64,000 nucleotides of DNA, taken from assembly GCA_002737705.1 (NCBI GenBank), contig NSIM01000006.1, positions 11,002-75,001 of the forward strand, written 5' to 3'. The stretch is from Flavobacteriales bacterium. GTDB taxonomy: Bacteria > Bacteroidota > Bacteroidia > NS11-12g > UBA955. The notes beneath the pieces are model-generated. The model did not search any database, was not told the DNA's origin, and worked only from the letters and a program-made list of their open reading frames with translations. A program made the position numbers and the translations under genes. Shown here piece after piece: positions 39,621-49,665 of the stretch. How positions within the stretch are numbered: the stretch's first letter is position 1; each line of letters starts with the position of its first letter.

Positions 39621-40478
39621 TTATGGATTACCATAAGAGGCTTCTGGATTTTCTTTGAGCGTATAGACAAATTCCTTTACTTTTTGGGCGTCATCCCAAG
39701 CATTCCGCTTTGAGAAATGTTCGAATGAAATGGGTTTTCCAACGGTGATGTGTATCTCTTTCCCTTTTTGTTTGAAAAACTCATCAATTAAGGTCAACAT
39801 TTCAATATTGAATTTCATACCTAGGAACTTTCGGAAATTTGCCAATCGATAAAATCGATTCGAATTTTGGCCTTCAATATGCAACGGAATAATGGGTAAT
39901 TTATACTGAATAGCCTTGGTAATGAAGCTTTTCTGCCAATCTAGGTCTTTGATTACACCACGGCTTTTTCTCGAACACAGCCCCGAAGGGAAAATCAATA
40001 GCAAATTATTTCCCGAAAATGTTTGCTCTATTTCTAAAATCGCCTCTTTGGGGGTTTTTCCTACTTTATTGACAGGTATAAAATACCCTGTAAAATTCGG
40101 CAATTGGCTTACAATATCGTTTACCAATAATTTTACGCTGGGATGAATTTTACAAGATTCTGCAAACAATGAAATAGCATCAATGCCCCCGAGTGGGTGA
40201 TTGGCCGCTAAAATTACGGGTCCTTCAGGGGGTATACGGTGCTTATTTTTGATAAAAATCTTCAACCCCAAAGCGTTTACCACACCCGCACAGAATTCTG
40301 GACACTGTTTTGAGCCATGAATGTTCAAAATGGCGTTGAGTTCGTCTTGGTGTATTAAACGTTTAAGCCAATTCACCATTACCCTGGGCATCCATTTTAA
40401 TGCACCCGGATATTTGATCGCCATTACAGACCTTATATCTACCCTAAAATTTGCCTGCGTTGAAATTACTGTATTCAT
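39621..40478 (-). CDS. lysophospholipid / 1-acyl-glycerol-3-phosphate-type O-acyltransferase (PlsC family; OlsA/GlsA-like)
   Basis: Acyltransferase HX4D motif (ILAANHPLGGIDAISL) and a second motif region (FPSGLCSR). The start was chosen at MNTVIST, since the longer track ORF would overlap the upstream gene by 120 nt. Confidence 0.6.
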   Translation of the reverse strand: MNTVISTQANFRVDIRSVMAIKYPGALKWMPRVMVNWLKRLIHQDELNAILNIHGSKQCPEFCAGVVNALGLKIFIKNKHRIPPEGPVILAANHPLGGIDAISLFAESCKIHPSVKLLVNDIVSQLPNFTGYFIPVNKVGKTPKEAILEIEQTFSGNNLLLIFPSGLCSRKSRGVIKDLDWQKSFITKAIQYKLPIIPLHIEGQNSNRFYRLANFRKFLGMKFNIEMLTLIDEFFKQKGKEIHITVGKPISFEHFSKRNAWDDAQKVKEFVYTLKENPEASYGNP

Positions 40479-41878
40479 TGATTTAGGATAGAAGTTTTGG
40501 TGGCATCTAAAATAGCAAATGAGGAAGCACTGTCTGTCGATTCGGCATATATTCTCAATACGGGCTCTGTTCCGCTGGGCCGAATCATAACCCAAGAGCC
40601 ATTTTCTAAGCGAAATTTATAACCATCAATTTCTTCAATAGAGACAATTTTGTATTTCCCAAATGCAGAATAACTCCTTGATTTGCAATTTTCTATAATA
40701 GATTCTTTCAACTTGTTGTTTACATAAATATCATATCGTTCTACCGCAAAAGTGCCGACCTTTTTGTATAGGTCTTGAATCAGTGCGGAGACAGTTTTTT
40801 TAGATTTTGCCATGTATTCCATCAACACCAAGCCCATCCAAACTCCGTCGCGCTCAGGAATATGTCCTTTGATTGCGATGCCTCCACTTTCCTCGGCACC
40901 AATCAACACATCGTCGTTGACCATGTGTTCACATATGTATTTAAAACCTATTTTGGTTGTAATGACCTCCAATCCTTTTAAGTCACACAATCGCTGAACT
41001 GCATCACTTACTGAGAAACTCTTGACTACCTTGCCAGTATAGCCTTTATAGGTGATTAAGTATTCTATCAGCAATAAAATAAGGTGGTGAGAATCAATAA
41101 AATTGCCTTTCTCGTCAAACCAACCGATGCGATCTGCATCTCCATCGGTAGCCAATCCGCACACAAATGAATCATCGTTTGCAATGATGGATCGAATCTC
41201 TGGCAAATTCTTTACAATGGGTTCGGGTGAACGACCCTCAAAACTGGGATTGTAATTCCCATGGAGAATTCTTGATTTGGGCAACAGGCGTTTTACTATA
41301 GACTGCCCTGAACCAAACATTGCATCGTATACCAACCCTTTGGAAAGGTCTTCTAAGGCGCCCATGTCGAAACTATTAAGACAGTGTTCATAATACAAAG
41401 TTTCAAAGTCGCCATATTCAACCATGCCTTTTTCTAAGTAGGTGTCAAAAGAATCTCCAGCTTCGACAGGTGATTCGGGAATCATGGATTCGAGCTTAGC
41501 CACCTCGCCCGGTATGGCAGGCCCTCCGTAATGGGCTTTAATTTTATACCCATTATACGATGGTGGGTTGTGACTTGCGGTAATAATAACACCCGCACCT
41601 GCTTTTAATTTGTTCGTGGCCAAAGAAATCATTGGAGTGGATACAAATCCATTTGAGATAATAACATGAACTCCCGAATAGGCCAATTGTCTGGCAGTTT
41701 CTTTGGCAAACAATTCCCCCCCAAAACGGCAATCGTAACCCACTACGCAAGATTTTTCCAACCCGCTTTGGTCTAACCACTGGGCAGTCGCATTGGCTAC
41801 ACGGCGCACATTTTCAACAGTAAATCCATCGGCAATTATTTCACGCCAACCATCTGTTCCAAATCTAATCTGATACAT
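40475..41878 (-). CDS. alpha-D-phosphohexomutase (phosphoglucosamine/phosphoglucomutase family)
   Basis: Active-site phosphoserine loop TASHNP (ITASHNPPSYNGYK) and metal-binding loop DGDADR. 467 aa. Confidence 0.8.
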   Translation of the reverse strand: MYQIRFGTDGWREIIADGFTVENVRRVANATAQWLDQSGLEKSCVVGYDCRFGGELFAKETARQLAYSGVHVIISNGFVSTPMISLATNKLKAGAGVIITASHNPPSYNGYKIKAHYGGPAIPGEVAKLESMIPESPVEAGDSFDTYLEKGMVEYGDFETLYYEHCLNSFDMGALEDLSKGLVYDAMFGSGQSIVKRLLPKSRILHGNYNPSFEGRSPEPIVKNLPEIRSIIANDDSFVCGLATDGDADRIGWFDEKGNFIDSHHLILLLIEYLITYKGYTGKVVKSFSVSDAVQRLCDLKGLEVITTKIGFKYICEHMVNDDVLIGAEESGGIAIKGHIPERDGVWMGLVLMEYMAKSKKTVSALIQDLYKKVGTFAVERYDIYVNNKLKESIIENCKSRSYSAFGKYKIVSIEEIDGYKFRLENGSWVMIRPSGTEPVLRIYAESTDSASSFAILDATKTSILNQ

Positions 41879-41890
41879 TGTATAAATTCG

Positions 41891-43108
41891 TTAATTAAAT
41901 GCATTTTCTCCTGTAATTTCCATCCCCAAGATCAATAAATGAATATCGTGCGTTCCTTCATACGTGAGAACCGATTCCAAATTCATCATGTGGCGCATAA
42001 TGGGAAATTCCCCTGTAATCCCCATTCCGCCAAGAATTTGCCTGGCTTCTCGGGCAACACTGAGTGCAATTTCAACATTATTTCTTTTTGCCAATGAGAT
42101 TTGTGCGGCACTTGCAATTCCTTTGTCCATCAATTGGCCCAAACGCCAAACCAATAATTGCGCTTTGGTTATTTCTGTTAGCATTTCAGCCAATTTCTTC
42201 TGTTGCAACTGAAATCCTGCAATGGGCTTTCCGAATTGAATTCTTTGTTTAGAATACGTAAGCGCTGTGTGGTAACAATCCATGGCAGCGCCCAAAGCAC
42301 CCCAACTAATACCATAACGGGCAGAATTTAAGCAGGTAAGTGGGCCCTTTAGTCCGGAAACACCTGGCAATACATTGTTTTTTGGAACACGCACATTGTC
42401 AAACACCAATTCACCCGTTGCGCTGGCACGTAAACTCCACTTATTGTGGGTTGTCGGAGTGCTGAATCCCTCCATGCCTCTTTCAACAATTAAACCATGA
42501 ATCTTACCCGCTTCGTTTTTAGCCCAAACAATTGCCAAATCTGCAAATGGTGCATTGCTAATCCACATTTTTGCTCCGTTGAGCACGTAGTGGTCTCCTT
42601 TTTCAATAAAATGTGTCGTCATACCCCCGGGATTAGATCCGTGATCGGGTTCTGTTAATCCGAAACATCCCAATAAATCACCACTGGCCAAACGGGGCAA
42701 AAACCGCTGTTTTTGCTCCTCACTTCCAAATTTACAAATAGGGTACATCACCAATGATCCTTGAACAGACGCAGTAGACCGAATGCCACTGTCACACCGC
42801 TCTAATTCCTGCATAATAATTCCATAGGAGGTATAATCCATTCCACCGCACCCATATTTAGTGGGCAATTGAGGGCCAAAAGCCCCGATTTTGCCAAGTT
42901 GTTTCACAATATGAATGGGAAATTCTGCCTTTTGGGCAAAATGTTCAATAATGGGACTAAGTTCTTTTTTAACGTACTCCCTAACCGATTGCCGAACGAG
43001 TTTGTGTTCATCGGTTAATAAATCGTCTAGGCCATAAAAATCGGGTGCTACATAAGAATCTTTGCCCTGATTGGCATCTAAAATATCGGAAATGTTGAAT
43101 TCGCTCAT
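41891..43108 (-). CDS. acyl-CoA dehydrogenase (glutaryl-CoA dehydrogenase-like)
   Basis: ACAD signature GCFGLTEPDHGSNPGGMTT and the C-terminal catalytic region YEGTHDIH. 405 aa. Confidence 0.8.
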   Translation of the reverse strand: MSEFNISDILDANQGKDSYVAPDFYGLDDLLTDEHKLVRQSVREYVKKELSPIIEHFAQKAEFPIHIVKQLGKIGAFGPQLPTKYGCGGMDYTSYGIIMQELERCDSGIRSTASVQGSLVMYPICKFGSEEQKQRFLPRLASGDLLGCFGLTEPDHGSNPGGMTTHFIEKGDHYVLNGAKMWISNAPFADLAIVWAKNEAGKIHGLIVERGMEGFSTPTTHNKWSLRASATGELVFDNVRVPKNNVLPGVSGLKGPLTCLNSARYGISWGALGAAMDCYHTALTYSKQRIQFGKPIAGFQLQQKKLAEMLTEITKAQLLVWRLGQLMDKGIASAAQISLAKRNNVEIALSVAREARQILGGMGITGEFPIMRHMMNLESVLTYEGTHDIHLLILGMEITGENAFN

Positions 43109-43172
43109 ACAATTATTGCCTACAAATGTAGTAAAATTGCTTTCTTTGCATGCAATTTATTAATCAAGTAGA

Positions 43173-43535
43173 ATGGTAATAAGTGTTTTTATTGAGCGGC
43201 AAGAAATCATAGCTCCCATTGGTTGGTATGCTGTAGAAAGGACCAATAAAGTTAGGCTCTTGGTAAGTGTGAGGGTTACATTTTTGGGAATGGTAGAAGA
43301 AGACAATTTGGCAAACACACTCGATTACACCAAACTCTCAACCATATTGATTGAATGTGCCCTGAAGCCTCAAAAACTTCTAGAAACATACGGCAAAAAT
43401 GTTATCCAACACATTGTAGCCGATTGCCCTCAAAATTTGCAACAAATTTGGATACGAATTGCCAAAAAAAATATCGATCAGATTCAATCCAACGCCGAAG
43501 GATATGGCATTGAGTTGAAAGAAGAGTATGCTTAA
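43173..43535 (+). CDS. folB: dihydroneopterin aldolase
   Basis: 120 aa. The N-terminal I-x-V-F-I-E…IG-W-x-x-E…K-V-x-L-x-V pattern (ISVFIERQEIIAPIGWYAVERTNKVRLLVSV) and D-Y-x-x-L (LDYTKLSTILIE) are typical of FolB. Confidence 0.6.
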   Translation: MVISVFIERQEIIAPIGWYAVERTNKVRLLVSVRVTFLGMVEEDNLANTLDYTKLSTILIECALKPQKLLETYGKNVIQHIVADCPQNLQQIWIRIAKKNIDQIQSNAEGYGIELKEEYA

Positions 43536-43559
43536 TATTTCACGAAATCTACTATCTTT

Positions 43560-45896
43560 GTGAAGATGGGATTGGCACGTTTTTTTGTCTGTATTTTTAT
43601 TCTTTCTTCCCAGACGCTTCGTGCACAAATCCCCACAATGAATGGGTGGGTGTATAACAAAAAAACCCTCGAAACCATTGCTGGTGCAATAATAGTCGAT
43701 TCATCTTCTTATAAATTTGTTGAAACCAATGCCTTTGGCCACTTTCAATTTTCATCAGGAAAGGGAAATAAAATTCTTTTTATAGCAGCCCGTGGGTTTA
43801 AATCACAACGGTTTACCATCAATGTAGAATCTTCCATCAGTAAGAACTTTTTTCTCATGCCAGTGGGTTATAACGAGCTGGATTCTGCAGAAGAATTTTT
43901 TTCTTTATACAACATGAAGCCCTCTTTTTATGCTGCGACCAAAAAACATATTATCGAGGCCCCAAGTGTATTAAGTGTAAGTGATCCAATAAAATATTTG
44001 CAATTTTTGCCAGGGGTTTCTGGAGGAATCGAAGGTCTTTCGGGTTTACTCGTTAGGGGAAGCAATCCAGATCAAAATTTGATGCTCATGAATGGAATGC
44101 CCATTTATGGCAATGGACATATTTGGGGTTTTGTATCCAATTACAATCCAGAAATCTTACAATCTGTTCATTTTTATCGTGGGGTTGCCCCTGCCAGATT
44201 TGGTGGAAGGGCTGGGGGAGGTGTATTGGACGTCCAAACCGATGGGGGTGCGGCCAAAGAATGGACCGGAAAATTACATGTTGACCCCATTGCCTTTAAT
44301 TTGGTTATGAATGGCCCATTAGACCATAGGGGTAAGGTAACCGGTTCTTTTGCTTTTAGAAGAAGCTATCTCGATTGGATTTTAGGCAGCCAAATTAAGT
44401 CGATTGTCACAGGAAATATACATGATGCCAATATTCGGATTAACTTCAAAAAAAATCAATACACCCAATGGAATTATTGGTTTTACAATGGACGAGACAA
44501 ATATGGATTTTTTATCAACGATGATCAAATTGATTCCTTGGGGCGCAGAATCATTCTTGATTACAAAAGTCTTACTTCTTGGCAGAACACCCAAGCTGGA
44601 ATGCGTTGGTCTCATGAGTTTAATGCAAATCATTTTGGCTCAATCACAGCAGGGTATTCACGCTATAATTATGTAAACGACAATAGCATCGACGCATCCA
44701 TTACCCAAGGCCTGTCTGTTCGATCAGTTGAAACCAAAGACAAATTAAGCAATGCCATTAACGACCTTAGTGCCAACGCCGATTTTTCTTTTGTATATTC
44801 TTTACGCCATACCCTGAGATACGGGAGCCAATTTATATTGCATGGTTTAAAGCCGGGAATAACCCAAGTAGTTGAGAAGACAAACGTAGCCAATATAGAT
44901 ACCCTGTATGGTGTATCAAATATTCAGTCGGTCATTGAATGGTCTCAATATGCCGAATTAGACCTGCACCCAAATATTGGGCTGAGTCTCAATATTGGAA
45001 TCCGACTCTGGTCTTTTTTCGCCAGAGACAAGGCATTCATTCGGCCAGAACCCCGAATTATTTTGAGCCAATTGCTGGAAGGAAAAAAACGTATACAATT
45101 GGGGTTCTCTATTGCAAACCAAGGCCTCCATCAACTCTCAAGTGTCAACGGCACTTTGCCAAGAGATGTATGGTTTCCCAGTGGGGAATACTTTAAACCC
45201 CAATCTACCACCCAAGTTTCGGCTGCTTTCTTAATGCCTGCTGGATCGGGAATTGAATTCTCTACAGAGCTTTTTTATAAGAATTTTAGGGGAATTACAG
45301 ATTTGACAGGAATAGATGAAGATCCACTTGTTAAAAATTTCTGGGAGAGAAGTATTGTTCAAGGAAGTGGGACGGCCCTTGGATTTGAAATGTTGTTGAT
45401 CAAACAAACCGGAAAATTCACTGGATTGATGGGATATACGTATTCAAAAAGTACAAGAACATTCGATTTTATTAACAATGGAGAACAATTTCCGTATCGC
45501 TGGGATCGTCCACACCAAATTAAAGGACAACTCACAATTAATTTGGTTAGTTGGCTCAAAATTAATTTCGCCGCGGTATTGATGAGCGGCAATGTGTATT
45601 CTATACCAACAGGAAAATATTTAAGCACCGAAGGCAAGTTGGTATACGATTACAATACCAAAAACAACTACCGCATGCCCACTTATAAAAGAATAGACCT
45701 CGGATTTACGAAAGAGATAAAGCCCTATCAATACCGCGCGTACAAGGAATTTTGGGGCATTCAATTGTACAATACGTTTGGTTGGGTGAATCCATTGGGT
45801 GCCAAATTAGACATTGATAAGAAAACAGGGCGAATTGGTTTTAAAGGGCAATATTTTAGCTTTATACCTTCAGGTTTTTACCGCTTAGAATTTTAA
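43560..45896 (+). CDS. TonB-dependent receptor with an N-terminal carboxypeptidase-regulatory-like domain
   Basis: Signal peptide, CarbopepD_reg-like N-domain, plug-domain motif (LQFLPGVSGGIEGLSGLLVRGSNPDQNLMLMNGMPIYG), and a C-terminal barrel ending in …FYRLEF. Confidence 0.8.
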   Translation: MKMGLARFFVCIFILSSQTLRAQIPTMNGWVYNKKTLETIAGAIIVDSSSYKFVETNAFGHFQFSSGKGNKILFIAARGFKSQRFTINVESSISKNFFLMPVGYNELDSAEEFFSLYNMKPSFYAATKKHIIEAPSVLSVSDPIKYLQFLPGVSGGIEGLSGLLVRGSNPDQNLMLMNGMPIYGNGHIWGFVSNYNPEILQSVHFYRGVAPARFGGRAGGGVLDVQTDGGAAKEWTGKLHVDPIAFNLVMNGPLDHRGKVTGSFAFRRSYLDWILGSQIKSIVTGNIHDANIRINFKKNQYTQWNYWFYNGRDKYGFFINDDQIDSLGRRIILDYKSLTSWQNTQAGMRWSHEFNANHFGSITAGYSRYNYVNDNSIDASITQGLSVRSVETKDKLSNAINDLSANADFSFVYSLRHTLRYGSQFILHGLKPGITQVVEKTNVANIDTLYGVSNIQSVIEWSQYAELDLHPNIGLSLNIGIRLWSFFARDKAFIRPEPRIILSQLLEGKKRIQLGFSIANQGLHQLSSVNGTLPRDVWFPSGEYFKPQSTTQVSAAFLMPAGSGIEFSTELFYKNFRGITDLTGIDEDPLVKNFWERSIVQGSGTALGFEMLLIKQTGKFTGLMGYTYSKSTRTFDFINNGEQFPYRWDRPHQIKGQLTINLVSWLKINFAAVLMSGNVYSIPTGKYLSTEGKLVYDYNTKNNYRMPTYKRIDLGFTKEIKPYQYRAYKEFWGIQLYNTFGWVNPLGAKLDIDKKTGRIGFKGQYFSFIPSGFYRLEF

Positions 45897-45900
45897 ATCC

Positions 45901-46764
45901 ATGAAAAAAAATCGCTACCGATACACGACAATTTTATTAATGGCTATTGGTTTATGTGCATGTGAATCTGAACTCGACATCACTGGAATAAAACATGTTC
46001 CTTTATTGGTGGTTAATTCATTGGTAAACAGCGATGAATTATTTTCGGTTCAAGTTTCGACGACTATTCCTTTAAAAGATACATTGTATCCCAAATTTAT
46101 CGAAACTGCAAAGGTGAGTGTTTTTGATGGCGTAACCTTGCTCGCTGTATTGCCCTACGACTTGGGTGCTGAGAAATATGTAGGCAGTTTTAAGCCATCT
46201 CCGGGAAAAATATATACTGTCATGGTCGAAAAAACCTCTTTTTACACCGCATCTGGAAGCATGAAGTTGCCAGAGAAGCTCAATAGTCCATCTGCAAAGT
46301 GGATGGACAATACCGGAATAGATTCATTGGGATTTGCAACAGGGACAATTACGTGTTTTGTAGCCGACCCTCAAAAGGATCGGAATTATTACGAAATCAA
46401 TCTATACCGATACGATGATTTTGATCAATCTTGGTATACCGTAATCCCCTTGCCAACCGATCCTTTGTTAAACGAAAACGCCATCCGCACGGAAAAAGGG
46501 GGAATGCTTATTGATGATCGAAATTTTAATGGGTTAACAAAAGAATTTGGTTTCGTAACGCCATTTGGAAGTGCGGGTACACAGTATAAATTTTTGGTTG
46601 AGGTGCGCTCTCTGAGCGATGACTATTACCGATACCTCGAATCCTTGGCAAATTATCGATCAACTTCAGGCTTGTTTTCAGATCCCTCACCCGTATTCAG
46701 TAATATTGCCAACGGAAGGGGTATTTGTGCAGGTTCATCCATTGAGAAAGACACCATTCAATAA
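45901..46764 (+). CDS. DUF4249-type lipoprotein (the usual partner of this TonB-receptor subclass)
   Basis: Lipobox MKKNRYRYTTILLMAIGLCAC. It starts 5 nt after the receptor stop. The DUF4249 assignment is inferred from context and size. Confidence 0.5.
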   Translation: MKKNRYRYTTILLMAIGLCACESELDITGIKHVPLLVVNSLVNSDELFSVQVSTTIPLKDTLYPKFIETAKVSVFDGVTLLAVLPYDLGAEKYVGSFKPSPGKIYTVMVEKTSFYTASGSMKLPEKLNSPSAKWMDNTGIDSLGFATGTITCFVADPQKDRNYYEINLYRYDDFDQSWYTVIPLPTDPLLNENAIRTEKGGMLIDDRNFNGLTKEFGFVTPFGSAGTQYKFLVEVRSLSDDYYRYLESLANYRSTSGLFSDPSPVFSNIANGRGICAGSSIEKDTIQ

Positions 46765-46776
46765 TTACCCACTTTA

Positions 46777-49587
46777 GTGACAATTCAAGAGAAAAAAATA
46801 CGCATTATCAATGCACAACAACACAATTTAAAACACCTAAATGTTGATATTAATCATGGTTCTTTTACCGTTGTCACGGGTGTTTCGGGTAGTGGTAAAT
46901 CCAGTCTTGTATTTGAAACACTCTTTGCGGAAGGTCAGCGCAGATATGTTGAGAGTTTGAGTAGTTACGCACGCCAATTTTTAGGAAGAATGAAAAAACC
47001 TTTGGTTGATGATATCCAAGGACTTTGCCCGGCTGTTGCCATTGAACAAAAGGTTAATACCCGCAATCCAAGGAGTACGATTTCTACGTCAACCGAAATA
47101 TATGATTATGTAAAACTGCTTTTTAGCAGGGCCGGGCATACCCTATCACCTGTTTCTGGACGTGAAGTAAAACGGGAAACCACCGAAGATATCTTGCACT
47201 ATTGCTTAACAGAAAAGCCAAGCGAGAGAATACTCATTTTGGCTCCACAAGCACCCAAAAAGCGGAGCCTACTAGATTGGGACTTATTGGTTCAAAAAGG
47301 GTTTAGCAGAATTTGGTACAACACAGAAATAGTGGGGATCCAAGAATTGATTGACACCCAAAAAACGATTGACACTGCGATTCACATAGTCGTGGATCGT
47401 ATGCAAGTCAACCCAGATGACGGTGAATTTCAAACCCGATTGTTTGATGCATGTGAAACTGCATTTTGGGAAGGAGAGGGAAATTGTATTGTGCATTTTT
47501 TAGAAAGTCAAACGAGCATTGATTTTAACAACCGGTTTGAGCTGGATGGGCTAAAATTCGAATTGCCTACAAAAGATTTTCTGAGTTTTAACAACCCACA
47601 CGGAGCCTGTAGAACCTGTGAAGGATATGGAAATTTATTGGGAATAGACAAAGATTTGGTTGTTCCTGATCATTCGCTAAGTGTATTTGAGGAAGCCATT
47701 GCACCTTGGAAGGGAGAAGTATTGGGTGAGTGGAGAAACGATTTTATTCGCTTGGCCACAAATGAAGACTTCCCCATTCACAAGCCCTATAGAGAACTTT
47801 CAGAAGAACAGTTGTCGCTTTTGTGGAATGGCACCACAAAATTACCGGGCATTTACGATTTTTTCAAATACATCGAAGAAAAATCCTACAAGATTCAGTA
47901 CAGGGTTCTAGCGGCTCGATACAGGGGAAAAACCACGTGTAAAGATTGTTTGGGCACACGGCTTCGAAAAGAAGCCTCCTTCGTAAAAATTATTGCCACC
48001 CAAAAATCAAAAAATTTTCCCCAACAATTATCCATACAAGAGTTGCTTTTAATGACAGTTGATACGGCACTAGCATATTTTATTCAATTAACACTTAGTG
48101 CCAAAGATTTTTCGATTGCCCAAAGAATACTTGAAGAAATCAGAAATCGCTTACAATTTCTGACCAATGTCGGATTGGGATATTTATCATTGAATCGCTT
48201 GAGCAATACCCTCAGTGGGGGAGAAAGCCAACGGATCAATTTGGCGACATCCTTGGGTACCAACCTCACTGGCTCTATGTATATTTTAGACGAACCCAGC
48301 ATTGGGCTTCATAGCAGAGATACAGAAAGATTGATTGGTGTTTTAAAAGCCTTGCAAAATGAAGGCAATACAGTCATTGTGGTTGAGCACGATGAGGAAA
48401 TGATGCGCAATGCAGAAAATATTATTGATATCGGACCACTTGCAGGTTCTCATGGCGGTCAATTGCTATATCAGGGTAAATTTGATGGATTGTTGGCTTG
48501 CGAGAGGAGTATTACCGGAAAATATCTCAATAAAACAGAAATGATTGCAGTACCCAATACCCGAAGAAAATCGCCGAATTTTATAGAAATAACAGAGGCA
48601 TCGGCCAATAATCTTAAACACGTCACGTGTAAATTTCCCTTAGAATCACTCACAGCAGTTACGGGTGTTTCGGGTTCGGGTAAAACCACACTCGTAAAAC
48701 AGGTATTGTTTCCTGCAATGAGTCGACATCTTGGCCAGTTTACAACCAATAAGCCAGGAAAACACAAAAACCTTTCTGGTGCATTGCATTTGGTAAAAGG
48801 AATTGAAATGATAGACCAAAATCCCATCGGTAAAAGCAGTCGCAGCAATCCTGTTACCTACGTAAAAGCGTTTGATGAAATTAGGGAGTTGTTTGCCAAT
48901 GCGGCTACTTCAAAATTCAATGGGTTTAAAAGTTCTCATTTTTCGTTCAATGTCGATGGTGGAAGATGTGACAATTGCTCGGGAGAGGGCGAAAATATTA
49001 TTGAAATGCAATTTATGGCCGATATTAAACTTCCGTGTGAAGTTTGTGGGGGCAAACGATACAAAAAAGAAGTGCTGGAGGTTGAACACAAAGGGAAAAA
49101 TATCCATGAAGTTTTGGAAATGTCTGTCGACGACGCAATGGAGTTTTTTTCATCAACCAAGGCGATTCATGACCGACTAAGACCCCTTCAAGACGTTGGC
49201 TTGGGATATGTGAAATTGGGTCAGGGTTCAAACACATTGAGTGGGGGTGAAGCCCAACGGGTTAAATTGGCATTTTTTCTAAGCAAGGCTAGTCCCCACA
49301 AAGAGGGTGGAACTTTGTTTATTTTTGATGAACCCACAATTGGGCTGCATGCCCATGATATCAAAAAGCTTATGCAGTCATTTCAGGCGCTTATCGAAAA
49401 GGGAAATACGGTTCTGTGTATTGAACACAATCTGGATGTCGTAAAATGTGCAGATTGGCTCATTGATTTGGGTCCTGAGGCTGGCAGCGGCGGGGGGGAG
49501 TTGGTTTACCAAGGTGTTCCAGAAGGAATCGCAACCGTAAAAAATAGCATTACCAAAAAATACCTGCTCCAGAAACTTGAAGCATGA
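46777..49587 (+). CDS. uvrA: excinuclease ABC subunit A
   Basis: GTG start. The N-terminus MTIQEKKIRIINAQQHNLKHLNVDINHGSFTVVTGVSGSGKSSLVFETLFAEGQRRYVESLSSYARQFL is highly similar to canonical UvrA. Two ABC modules with signature motifs (LSGGESQRINLA; LSGGEAQRVKLA). Zinc-finger cysteines (CRTCEGYG; CDNCSGEG…CEVCGG). 936 aa. Confidence 0.9.
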   Translation: MTIQEKKIRIINAQQHNLKHLNVDINHGSFTVVTGVSGSGKSSLVFETLFAEGQRRYVESLSSYARQFLGRMKKPLVDDIQGLCPAVAIEQKVNTRNPRSTISTSTEIYDYVKLLFSRAGHTLSPVSGREVKRETTEDILHYCLTEKPSERILILAPQAPKKRSLLDWDLLVQKGFSRIWYNTEIVGIQELIDTQKTIDTAIHIVVDRMQVNPDDGEFQTRLFDACETAFWEGEGNCIVHFLESQTSIDFNNRFELDGLKFELPTKDFLSFNNPHGACRTCEGYGNLLGIDKDLVVPDHSLSVFEEAIAPWKGEVLGEWRNDFIRLATNEDFPIHKPYRELSEEQLSLLWNGTTKLPGIYDFFKYIEEKSYKIQYRVLAARYRGKTTCKDCLGTRLRKEASFVKIIATQKSKNFPQQLSIQELLLMTVDTALAYFIQLTLSAKDFSIAQRILEEIRNRLQFLTNVGLGYLSLNRLSNTLSGGESQRINLATSLGTNLTGSMYILDEPSIGLHSRDTERLIGVLKALQNEGNTVIVVEHDEEMMRNAENIIDIGPLAGSHGGQLLYQGKFDGLLACERSITGKYLNKTEMIAVPNTRRKSPNFIEITEASANNLKHVTCKFPLESLTAVTGVSGSGKTTLVKQVLFPAMSRHLGQFTTNKPGKHKNLSGALHLVKGIEMIDQNPIGKSSRSNPVTYVKAFDEIRELFANAATSKFNGFKSSHFSFNVDGGRCDNCSGEGENIIEMQFMADIKLPCEVCGGKRYKKEVLEVEHKGKNIHEVLEMSVDDAMEFFSSTKAIHDRLRPLQDVGLGYVKLGQGSNTLSGGEAQRVKLAFFLSKASPHKEGGTLFIFDEPTIGLHAHDIKKLMQSFQALIEKGNTVLCIEHNLDVVKCADWLIDLGPEAGSGGGELVYQGVPEGIATVKNSITKKYLLQKLEA

Positions 49588-49665
49588 GAAAACAAAATCT
49601 CCGCAAAATAGCGTTCTCCATGATTAATAGAATTCTTCGTAGGTAAATCGAAGATTGTCGGCGAA

